Below, one piece after another: positions 35,303 to 44,645 of a stretch of 64,000 nucleotides of DNA. This DNA is from Macrostomum lignano. Lineage: Eukaryota. A program made the translations under genes and the position numbers. The stretch spans positions 1 to 64,000 of the forward strand of contig NIVC01000632.1 in the NCBI GenBank assembly GCA_002269645.1, given 5' to 3'. Within the stretch, counting starts at the first letter, position 1. Each line of letters opens with the position of its first letter. The notes under the pieces are model-generated. The model made no database searches and was not told the DNA's origin. It worked only from the letters and a program-made list of their open reading frames with translations.

Positions 35303-38300
35303 TTATCCGATAAGTAATTTTTCTGTTAATCTCTTCCAGTTATTCAAGACTTTTTCCTTATTTAATTTTTTAAGTTCTTTTGGAAATGTTGAATAATAAT
35401 TATCTATATCTTTTTCATATTCTAGAAATGTATTATATTCACAATCACATTCGGATTCACAATCACAATCGTAATAATAATTATTTATTGCCGCTTTGTA
35501 TTCATTATATTTACTTATTATATCTTCTTTTTGTTTTTTATCTTTTATCATATTTTTTATCTCTTCTTTTAAACCATATGGATATGTTTTAATTTTATCA
35601 TCTAAATATCTTTTATCATCAAATGGACTTAATGTTTTTTTATCTGTCTCGATGACAAACATCTGATGCTTATCTGAATTTAATCGATATTGTGGAGCAT
35701 GATAATTTTCAATTGTATTAAGGTAATCTAAAAGTACGTTTTTATAATCATCAAATGTTATCTTTTTAACTGCTGCCCTTGATACCCCTTTTATTTTTTT
35801 TACCTCTCCCTCCTGTCCTAAAACTTTAAATGCATAGCATTTTGATCTTATTGCTATAAACTCGGTTATGATTTTGCTATTTAATTCATCTTTCATTTTA
35901 AGTACAACTTTTTTATTTTGATCTGATTTTAAAGGATGGTTATCCGGATAGTCGGAGGTATCCAATGTATCCTTAATTTTTTCCATATCTTTATAGACAT
36001 CGAACCTTTGGTTCGCGGGCTTTGCCCGATCCTCTGTTTCAACCTTAAATACCAAACTGTCGGTGTCTGCATATATTGGATAGTTATCTGGCCATGTTTT
36101 ATTTATAACATCATAATAATATTCATACATTACCAGCTTTGCATAATCTAAAACAACCATTCCAATAAATATTGGTTTAAGAAATTTTGTTGTTTTATTT
36201 CTCATATGAATACCCATAAAGTTATCATCAAATTTTATAAAGTCTTTAAAGTTAGGTTTTGAGAAATATTTCTTTGCTTTATCAATATCCTTTTCTAAAT
36301 GGAATTGGGTTCTATCTCTAATATTTTCAACCGTTTTTCCATAAAAAGCATTATTCATTAATTTCCAATAATCTTTCTCAAAATTTGTTTTTGACATCTG
36401 TCTCTGATTTGAATTAAAATCAATATATTTAGCTAACCAATCTTCCTCAATAAACGATATTGTTCGATGTACTTTAGACACTTTTAATCCCTGCTTTTCA
36501 TAAAATTGTAGAAGCTTATAATGCACTACATAGTTTTTCTTATCATGTAAATTTAATATTAATTTTTTTGTTGCTAGATGTTTTGCATTATCTACTTTAA
36601 GATAATCTTTTTGTGTTTGTGATAAATCATCTTCATTAACTGAACAATGCTCTGGAGCTAAAGGATATTTATATGTTTTTGCTTTTGCTTCCCGAGTATA
36701 TTGCAAATCCACCTCTACAATACAGCCCCTTCCTTCGGGAATATTTTTGTAATAATCGGGGTCATCTTCCCATTGGAAATCAGCTATTGGTAATTTTTGT
36801 TTCATACAACCACCGTATAAATTGTTTGCATCTAGATATAATACATATGATGATTTTTCTTTTTTATTATAATTTGGTAGATATTTATTATTTACTTTAG
36901 TATATCTATCTCCTAGTACACCCGAGAATCCGCCGCGAATTCCTCTCTCAATCATTAACAACATATCATGATCAGTTAGTAAATCAATCTTAACATCTGT
37001 ATGTTTCAAACCACAAGCCCATGTTAATCCCGGTGCACTGAAACAATATGCGGGATCAATTTTAAAATTCTCATATGTATGATTCCTAAAGTTTTCAAAT
37101 GCATCAGCTAATAGGAGAACATCTGCTTTAAGATATAGATTATGATAATCTTTAAATGTTTTACAATTAAAGTATTTCCATACTTTTTGAGCGTGTTCAT
37201 AATCCGATTCACTTATATTTGATTGTGATAATGTGGAATAAAACTTTTCTATGGGCGGTAATTCGGTATGAAAAAATACGTCTTCAGATGTTACATATTC
37301 ATATGGATAGATGCCCTTACGAGTTAATAGCATTAGTTCTTCCTCGGATAGTTTTTCTTTTTTGAAACGATTCAATAGTATTGGAAAGTTTTTCTTTACT
37401 ATTTCTAAATCCCATGGTTTTGGAACTAATGATGAAACAACATTTGCTAAAGATGTTGATAAGAATCTCAAGGAATCTAGAAAAACTAGATGGGAGTATT
37501 TCTTACCATATGTTATTGATATGTAATTTTCTGATGTTTTAGGTAATATATTTATTTCATATTCATCCTTTCCTAAATGAAGCAATTCTCGAACTAAGAA
37601 ATGAAAATCATATCCGGAACCATTATGAAAAAATACTGGTATTTCCTTACATCCTTTTCCTTCTTTTGCATTACATGATCTACATGCTGCCCCTCGATAA
37701 TTTCCTGTTAGATGACAATGTTCTCGTATCTTATTATTCTTACTTAAATGTCTTTTGCACATAAAACAATTTGTTGCATTTTTATAATTGTCTCTATCCT
37801 TATTTGTCATATTAATATTTTTTGATAATTTATCATATTGATTTTGAATATATTCAAATACATTTACTAATGATTCTGCCATGTGCTTAGCTGCATCATT
37901 ACCGTGGTAAGTAATCATCCTTGATTTAAATATATGATCAGCTACAGAGTGTACATATATACAATAACTATTCGGAAACTGTTGTGCCAATTTTTTTGTG
38001 CATTCGTCCCGTAGGGTCGCGTGCTTTGCACGATCCCCATCATCAGATGCCGTCTGTGATTCTTTTAAGGGAACATTTGTTGCTTCAAAATCAGCATATA
38101 TTACTATTGGTTTTTTAACTGCCATATAATGTTGTTGGAACTTTAGGGTTGCATCTTCAGATGCTGGCATTATAGCATTAGTAAATTTGTGATCTAAACA
38201 AAATCGTTGGTGGTTTTTAAGAGCTGTTTCATCCTTTTTAAATGTAAAACAATTTCTACATAGTGGATATCTATTTCTATTTTCTCTTAAAAAAGAACTA

Positions 38301-39286
38301 ATATCTTTTATGTATATATAATGTGTTTCATTTTCGCGCTGCATGTACAAAAGATCGATTTGATCTGGTGCTGTTATATCAGTTGCTGGCTTAACAAGAT
38401 AACACCTTTTCTTATACCATTCTGGATCGGTTAAAATTTCTTCTAGATCTTTTGGTTCTTCAATTGTAAACACATTAATATTTAAACCATTCATTTTTTC
38501 AATCTTATATATATCATCTATTGCTACTGGGTATGATATGTTTTTCATTATTATTTCATCCTCATATTGTCTATAATTATATATTTTATTAATGTGTGAT
38601 TCTACTTGATTGTGATATTTATGAATTAATAAACACCATAATAAACATTTATTATCTTTATTGTCTGGATTTATAATCATAGGTGATTTAAATTTGAGCT
38701 TCATATGTGATCGTCCTTTAAGAATTTCAATAGGAACAATCTTTACTATTGCTGAATTACAGGATACAAATATAAACCCAGATCCGTTTTCTGTCATCTT
38801 ATCTATCCATTCATCAAACTCAGCTTCTATTTGATCGAATTGATTGTTGTAATTTCCCATTGATAATAATGTTTTATATGATTCTTGTGAAAAGTTATTT
38901 ATTACTTCAATTTCTGAATTTGCATTAAGAATATTTGGTTTTTTAAATTCTGTTTCAACTTCTATTTTATACTTAATTGGCTGTCGTTTGTTATTTGGCC
39001 TTATAGTATAATTGATTAATATGGTCTTTAATTTATCTTTCATTTGTTTAAAATATTCTTTATAATTTGTATTTATATCTATATCTATATATATTACTTC
39101 AGCTCCATTTTGTCCTTGTGGTTGGAGGTTATCAATATCATTTAATTGTCTTTCTAAACGTATCTCATTTTCTGCCCTAATTCTTGCTTCTATTTCAGCC
39201 CTATCGGCAATTCGTTGTGCTTCGATTTGAGCTATTAATTGTGCTCTAAGTTCAGGGTTGTCGATTTGAGCTAAAATTGCTTCCAT
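35303..39286 (-). CDS. pPolB: Protein-primed family B DNA polymerase (1327 aa) with C2H2 finger and endonuclease VII-like zinc domain
   Basis: Exo motifs IYADFE, FFHNGSGYDFH, YLKADV; Pol motifs YLDANNLYG, KLMNNAFYGK, YADTDS; uninterrupted ORF. Confidence 0.98.
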   Translation of the reverse strand: MEAILAQIDNPELRAQLIAQIEAQRIADRAEIEARIRAENEIRLERQLNDIDNLQPQGQNGAEVIYIDIDINTNYKEYFKQMKDKLKTILINYTIRPNNKRQPIKYKIEVETEFKKPNILNANSEIEVINNFSQESYKTLLSMGNYNNQFDQIEAEFDEWIDKMTENGSGFIFVSCNSAIVKIVPIEILKGRSHMKLKFKSPMIINPDNKDNKCLLWCLLIHKYHNQVESHINKIYNYRQYEDEIIMKNISYPVAIDDIYKIEKMNGLNINVFTIEEPKDLEEILTDPEWYKKRCYLVKPATDITAPDQIDLLYMQRENETHYIYIKDISSFLRENRNRYPLCRNCFTFKKDETALKNHQRFCLDHKFTNAIMPASEDATLKFQQHYMAVKKPIVIYADFEATNVPLKESQTASDDGDRAKHATLRDECTKKLAQQFPNSYCIYVHSVADHIFKSRMITYHGNDAAKHMAESLVNVFEYIQNQYDKLSKNINMTNKDRDNYKNATNCFMCKRHLSKNNKIREHCHLTGNYRGAACRSCNAKEGKGCKEIPVFFHNGSGYDFHFLVRELLHLGKDEYEINILPKTSENYISITYGKKYSHLVFLDSLRFLSTSLANVVSSLVPKPWDLEIVKKNFPILLNRFKKEKLSEEELMLLTRKGIYPYEYVTSEDVFFHTELPPIEKFYSTLSQSNISESDYEHAQKVWKYFNCKTFKDYHNLYLKADVLLLADAFENFRNHTYENFKIDPAYCFSAPGLTWACGLKHTDVKIDLLTDHDMLLMIERGIRGGFSGVLGDRYTKVNNKYLPNYNKKEKSSYVLYLDANNLYGGCMKQKLPIADFQWEDDPDYYKNIPEGRGCIVEVDLQYTREAKAKTYKYPLAPEHCSVNEDDLSQTQKDYLKVDNAKHLATKKLILNLHDKKNYVVHYKLLQFYEKQGLKVSKVHRTISFIEEDWLAKYIDFNSNQRQMSKTNFEKDYWKLMNNAFYGKTVENIRDRTQFHLEKDIDKAKKYFSKPNFKDFIKFDDNFMGIHMRNKTTKFLKPIFIGMVVLDYAKLVMYEYYYDVINKTWPDNYPIYADTDSLVFKVETEDRAKPANQRFDVYKDMEKIKDTLDTSDYPDNHPLKSDQNKKVVLKMKDELNSKIITEFIAIRSKCYAFKVLGQEGEVKKIKGVSRAAVKKITFDDYKNVLLDYLNTIENYHAPQYRLNSDKHQMFVIETDKKTLSPFDDKRYLDDKIKTYPYGLKEEIKNMIKDKKQKEDIISKYNEYKAAINNYYYDCDCESECDCEYNTFLEYEKDIDNYYSTFPKELKKLNKEKVLNNWKRLTEKLLIG

Positions 39287-39369
39287 TTTATAGAATAAAA
39301 TTTATATAATGTTTGAATTATTGATTTTTTAATTTTGCGTTTTTGGTGTCCAGACCCTCCCCCAGGAGC

Positions 39370-40364
39370 CTATTCGAGATCTGCTTTTGGTAATAGCAAT
39401 CCATTGCCCATAACGTTTGAATTTAAGAAAATTCCTGAACCTGCTTTTGGTCGCATTTCGAGATATAATCCGCTTCCGTCGTGTTTTTCAATGATATTAA
39501 AATCTTTTCCTAACTTAGTAAAAATCTTCTGAACAGCCGGTCTAAAATTGGATCCAATATTGTCAAAAAATCCTTTAGCTTTCTCACCCGTTTTTTCTAA
39601 AGTTTGGCCAAATTCATGTAGTTTATCTGCGACAACTCCGCTTCCTTGGGTTGTTCCTTTTAGTACCAAACCATTCCCGTGATTTGTTCCTTGCAAGAGT
39701 AAACCTTTTCCAGCTGATAACCTAGCTTCTGCATTTCTTTTTTGCTCGGCTGTTGCTGAACTACTATTAATTGTATCGATAAGTTTTTGTTTAAATTGTG
39801 CGTCCTGCGTTATTTGCTGTCTTTGAAATTCGGCCTCTCTTTTAGCTTTTTCGTCCGCAGCTTTTTTGTCATTTACTGCTTTTGCAATTCCAGCTGCTCC
39901 GCCAGCAACTCCTCCAGCTGCTCCAATTCCTGCAAAAATTATTGGGAGCAAAGCTGCAAGGGGTAAGATTCCCCCTGTTTCGCTCTTAACTCTCCTAGCT
40001 GTTTTACATTATCATGAATTCTTTTTCCGGCTAAACCGACTGCTCCAGCTGCGCCAAGTCCTAAAAGAAGCGGTAGAATGGGTAGTAATCCGCCGTCCTT
40101 TTTAGTGTGAGTCTCCATTAAAAATTTCACATCGGAGTCTGTCAACCTATAATTTCTGCCGCGATTCTTAAAGGATATTGGCCTTCCTTCTTGTGCATAT
40201 TTTGCTGCGAGTTTAAATGTATCGATGTCGTAGTCAAACTTTTTACCTAATCGATCCAATCTTTTTAACATTGTGTGGGTTTGCTTATTATCATCAAGAT
40301 TTAAGGTATCTACAATTTCTCCTATAAAATATAACCGGTTTTCATCATCATTAACTGAGTCCAT
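39370..40364 (-). CDS. Core/cement precursor resembling adenovirus pX/pVII (probably one frameshifted ORF: 39939-40364 plus 39370-39951)
   Basis: KDGGLLPILPLLLGLGAAG and GGILPLAALLPIIFAGIGAAGGVAGGAAG; repeated G-x-G-hydrophobic motifs. Confidence 0.65.
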
Positions 40365-40374
40365 TTTTATATTG

Positions 40375-40773
40375 TTAAAATTTCTTTAATCCTTTTCCAC
40401 CTTTAATAGTATTTAACATTTTATTAAAATCCTGAATATCTTTATTACTTATTGGCGTGGTTTTCGTGGGGGTTTCTGTTGGTTGTGCGGCTTGTGCCAG
40501 CTTTTAATCTTTTATTGCATTTATTTGTGAGAGGGTGTCGTTAAAATCTCTCAATTTCTTTAGTTCTTCTGCCGCTCTAGCTGCTTCAATTCCTCCTTTT
40601 ACAGCATTTGTTATAGAGCCTGCTGCAGAGCCAGCTTGCCCTATAAGCCCCATATTGTCTTTAACAAAATTTGCTGCTGTTCCAACCAAATCAAAAAGTC
40701 CCTCACCTCGGTATTCAATTGGATCTCCTACCTGATACTCATTTATATTTTGCACATGTGTAACGTGTGTCAT
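40375..40773 (-). CDS. pVI-like virion protein (GxG site followed by amphipathic helix), frameshift near 40500
   Basis: YRGEGLFDLVGTAANFVKDNMGLIG; shifted C-terminus ...NTIKGGKGLKKF. Confidence 0.55.
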
Positions 40774-41147
40774 TTTTTGTTCTATTTTTAGTAACAGAAA
40801 AAAAGAATACGAGAACACACAAAAGAATATTTTTCAACCCAAGATGGTGTATATACTGCATTGAGTCATTTTTTTCTGGACGTCCAGAATTTTTCTGGAC
40901 GATTTGTTAAAAACTTATTCATTGATGGTGGGCACCCCATTTTACTTGTGACGCGCGGAGCCTGTCTTCTTCTTCCTGAGAGATGAGCTAGAACTGGGTT
41001 GATGGCTGTGGTTTTTATAGAGTTGGATGGCTGAGTGGGCGTTCAATTCCTGCTACGGCAAGATTTTGCAAGCTAGCCAATAGTGGCTATGAGAGTAATT
41101 TTTTGTTGAGTGTTACTATTACCATGACTCAGTTTAAACTCTTTTGT

Positions 41148-41452
41148 GACCCTTCGCGCCTGCGGCGCGGGCAAGGGGTTATAGAGTAGTAGTATAGAAA
41201 AAGACGCTTACAGATCAGACCTTATTTTAATGGCCGTTTTTAAGGTCTTAAGAGGGGGACGCGAGGGGGTGTTGGGGAGTGTTTGGAAGTGTTGGGAATG
41301 ATTTTTATTGTTAGGGGTGATTATGGGTGATTAGATGTATTAATGGTGTTTAGATGTGTTTTTTTATTTACCCCCCGTGTCCCCCCTCTAGACCCTTAAA
41401 ACGGTCATTAAAAAAGTGCTCTGGGTCTAGAAGCGTCTTTTTATATACTACT
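41148..41452 (-). repeat. Polinton right TIR (~305 bp)
   Basis: GACCCTTCGCG...AAGCGTCTTTTTATATACTACT. Confidence 0.96.
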
Positions 41453-41527
41453 CCTGCACTACACAGAAGAGGAGCCCGCAAAAGTAAGTGATCACTTTAT
41501 TTTGTTCCCAGGCTTAAGTGTCTGGAA

Positions 41528-42787
41528 GTGGGAGTTTTCGGGAGACTGATCACCTCCCGAATCAACTCTTCAGACGGTATAGATATGAGGCACAAAAATA
41601 CGAAATTAATCCTAGATGGCCATCCGCACCACTGCTTTCCAGAGTCGAATGGAGTGCAGGCAAACAATCAGTTTCGAGTGCTGATTCGGGAATTCAGGAA
41701 AGCCCGATCTCAAGCCTCTGAGCAAAACAGGAATCTTCTGGGACAGATAACGCAGCTCAGAAATATGCTGGAGAAGCAGCTGAAAGGCACCAAAGCAGCT
41801 AGCAGCTATCGCAAGCAAAACGGGGTCATCAAGCCAAGAAAGCTACACATCAGAAGCCAATCCGTCACCGAGTGGAACAAACGCTTCCGAGAAGGGGAGA
41901 GAGCGTGGTTGCGCGACATGAGGCGATCCCTGCTTTTCAGATTCCGGATCAATCGAATTAAAAGACACGAACAAGTCGTGGACGAACGGTTGAAACAGCT
42001 CAAAATTCGAATGGCAGCTCTGGCTAAACATAGTAGCATTGCTCAGACAGAGAGAGCTCGCATGAAGCTGGGTGAGAGTAAGTCTGCCAATATCACAAAG
42101 ACTGAGGTTCGGACTTCCCAGCAGCCGTCCAAGCGCATTCTGCTTATTCAACAGGCAGCGCTGCGCCGTCGCATTAGGCGACTGTCGAAAAGGCGGCAAA
42201 TTTTTCGGAGACGAATCGCTTTGCTCAAAAAGCGGGTTCGTCTTCAGCTGGCAGATAGCAACGAGCGATACTGGCCCATGGTACGCTTCATAGAGAGATG
42301 GATGCCATACGACTTGCGACGGCTCGCCAGGTTTAGCATAAAAGACGATCCGATTTCCAGTCGTCGGCACCTGGACGTGACTAGCCGAGCGGATGTGACG
42401 CGCTTTGCTACTCGGATTTATACCTATATGGCTGATTTCAGGCATTTTATAAGAGCTATGCTGCTTTCTCGACGCAAAGTAGCCAATATCGAGACAAAAC
42501 TTGCGCGACTGCGACAGAGTAAGAAAAACATTGGGCAGAAAAGGCTCAACGCCATGAAGACTCATGAGTTGATTAATCAGAAAAAATATGACAAAGAAAT
42601 GCACAAGGCAGTAACAAGGTACAGTACTCTTTTGTCCAGACTTGGGCTGCGTGAACACGTAGAATTGCTAAAGATTGCTCCGAAACCAAAGGTTAAAACC
42701 CACATGACATTAGCTGACCGAATCGACAATCGAATGAAACACATTGAATCGCATCTGCGCTACGAATATAAGAAAACAAGCTGTTGA
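41528..42787 (+). CDS. Intronless Arg/Lys-rich coiled-coil protein of unknown function (~400 aa)
   Basis: 1260 nt open frame, non-repetitive; first ATG near 41579. Confidence 0.6.
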   Translation: MGVFGRLITSRINSSDGIDMRHKNTKLILDGHPHHCFPESNGVQANNQFRVLIREFRKARSQASEQNRNLLGQITQLRNMLEKQLKGTKAASSYRKQNGVIKPRKLHIRSQSVTEWNKRFREGERAWLRDMRRSLLFRFRINRIKRHEQVVDERLKQLKIRMAALAKHSSIAQTERARMKLGESKSANITKTEVRTSQQPSKRILLIQQAALRRRIRRLSKRRQIFRRRIALLKKRVRLQLADSNERYWPMVRFIERWMPYDLRRLARFSIKDDPISSRRHLDVTSRADVTRFATRIYTYMADFRHFIRAMLLSRRKVANIETKLARLRQSKKNIGQKRLNAMKTHELINQKKYDKEMHKAVTRYSTLLSRLGLREHVELLKIAPKPKVKTHMTLADRIDNRMKHIESHLRYEYKKTSC

Positions 42788-42984
42788 AACCCGCGGATTT
42801 TGAACCCGGGGAATTTCAATCCCCGGAACTACTTTTGCATGTATTCTGAAATCTAAGGTCATACACAAACAAAAACTTGTTAATAGTTAGTAGGATAGAG
42901 GTAGACATAAAGTGGACACATTCGTGTAAAATTAGGATTTGAGGCAAACATTGATATTGTTGGCTGTCCCTTGGATCCTTTAAA

Positions 42985-43779
42985 ATTTCTATCGTCTCTT
43001 CTGTTTCCTCTCTTCTCTCTCGTCCCTTGTCTCTCCTCTCTCTTCTCTCCTCTCTCCTCTCTTCTCTCATATCTTCCCTCATCTCTCTTCTCTTTCATCT
43101 CTCTTATCTCTTGTCTCTTCTCTCTTCTCTCCTCTCTCCTGTCTCCTCTACTTTTCGTTTTCTCTCTCCTCTCCTCTCTCCTCTCTACTCTTTCGTTTTC
43201 TCTTTCCTCTCCTCTCTCCTATCTTCTTTCGTATCTTCCCTCATCTCTCTTCTCTTTCATATCTCTTATCTCATCTCTTCCCTTTTCTTTTCTCTCTCCT
43301 CTCCTCTCTCCTCTCTACTCTTTCGTTTTCTCTCTCCTCTCCTCTCTCCTATCTTCTTTCGTATCTTCCCTCATCTCTCTTCTCTTTCATATCTCTTATC
43401 TCATCTCTTCCCTTTTCTTTTCTCTCTCCTCTCCTCTCTCCTCTCTACTTTTTCGTTTTCTCTCTTCTCCTCTCTCTCCTCTCTCTCCCTCTTCTCTCGT
43501 CTCTTCCTTCTCCTCTCTATTCTTTTCTCTCTTCTCTTAACTCTCTCCTCTCTCCTCTCTCCTCTTTCCTCTCTCTCTCCTCTCTCCCCTCTTCTCTCGT
43601 CTCTTCTCTCACCTCTTTCCTCTCTCTCTTTCCTCTCATCTCTTTTCTTGTTTTATCTCTTCTCTCTCCCCTCGTCACTCGTCTCTTCCCTCACCTCTCT
43701 TCTCTCTTGTCTGCGTTTTTATCTCTCCTTTCTCTTCTTTAATCTTTTCTCTCTTATCTCTTCTCGTTTCTCTCTGCTC

Positions 43780-43872
<93 letters not shown>

Positions 43873-44645
43873 CCCATCTCTCTTCTCCTCTCTACTCTCT
43901 CCCCTCTTCATTCTCCTATTTCCTCTTCTCTCTCCCTGTCTCTCCTCTCTCCTCTAGTTTCTGTAATCTCTTCTCTCTTATCTCTCCTCTGTTCTCTCTA
44001 CTCTCCCATCTCTCGTCTGTTCACCCTCATCTCTGCTCTCTCATCTGTCATCTTTACTCTCTAATACGTTCTCTCACTTATCTCCTCTGTACTCTTCTCT
44101 TTCACCTCTTCTGACTCCACTCTTCTTTTCTCTTCCCTCTTCTATACTCTCTCTCCTCTATTATCTTCTCTCGTCTCTCTGCACTCTCCTCTCACCTTTT
44201 TCATCTCTCATCTCTCCTTTCATTTGTCTCATCTCTACAATCTCATCTCTCCTTTCTCCCCTCTTTTTACACCCCTCTCTTATTTCTATCTCTTCTCTTC
44301 TCACTCCTCTCTCCCCCTCTTATCTCCTCTCTTCTCTATCCTTTCTACTCTCTCCTCTCCTCTTGACCCTCTGTCATCTTCTTTCTGCTCTCTCATCTCT
44401 ACTCTCTTCTCACTCTTCTTTACTCTCCTCTCATCGATCCTCTGTCTCATCTCTCCCCTCTTCTCACCTTTACTCTTCCTCTCTACACCTCCTCTCCCTC
44501 CTTTCTCCCCTCCTCTCGCTTCTTCCTCCCTTCTTCTCTGCTCTCTCCTCACCACTTGTCTCTCCTCTTATCTTCCATGTTTTCTCTTATCCCCCTCTCG
44601 CCTCTCCTCTCTTCTAATAGTCTATTCCTTCTCCTTTCCTCTCTC
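42985..44645. repeat. CT-rich low-complexity tract with (CT)n core
   Basis: Pyrimidine-only strand; explains the S/L-rich ORFs. Confidence 0.96.

Larger units (their letters stand above)
23545..41452. mobile_element. Polinton/Maverick (adintovirus-like endogenous dsDNA virus), ~17.9 kb, full hallmark gene set
   Basis: TIRs starting AGTAGT and ending ACTACT; pPolB, RVE integrase, MCP, mCP, ATPase, adenain protease, PLA2; sharp switch to AT-rich, gene-dense, spliceosomal-intron-free sequence. Confidence 0.97.

Noticed and set aside
35303-39286. Intein or further intron in pPolB
   Set aside because: No Cys...His-Asn splice motifs or LAGLIDADG blocks; the only insertions seen are the two 30 nt hairpin modules.
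23545-41452. Polinton as contaminating phage or bacterial DNA
   Set aside because: Gene set and AGT-type TIRs are those of eukaryotic Polintons, there are no Shine-Dalgarno-like signals, and both flanks are host-like; a misjoin is still possible given the missing TSD.
41484-41511. GTAAGT...CCCAG mini-intron next to the right TIR
   Set aside because: Only 28 nt long and no upstream exon can be supported.
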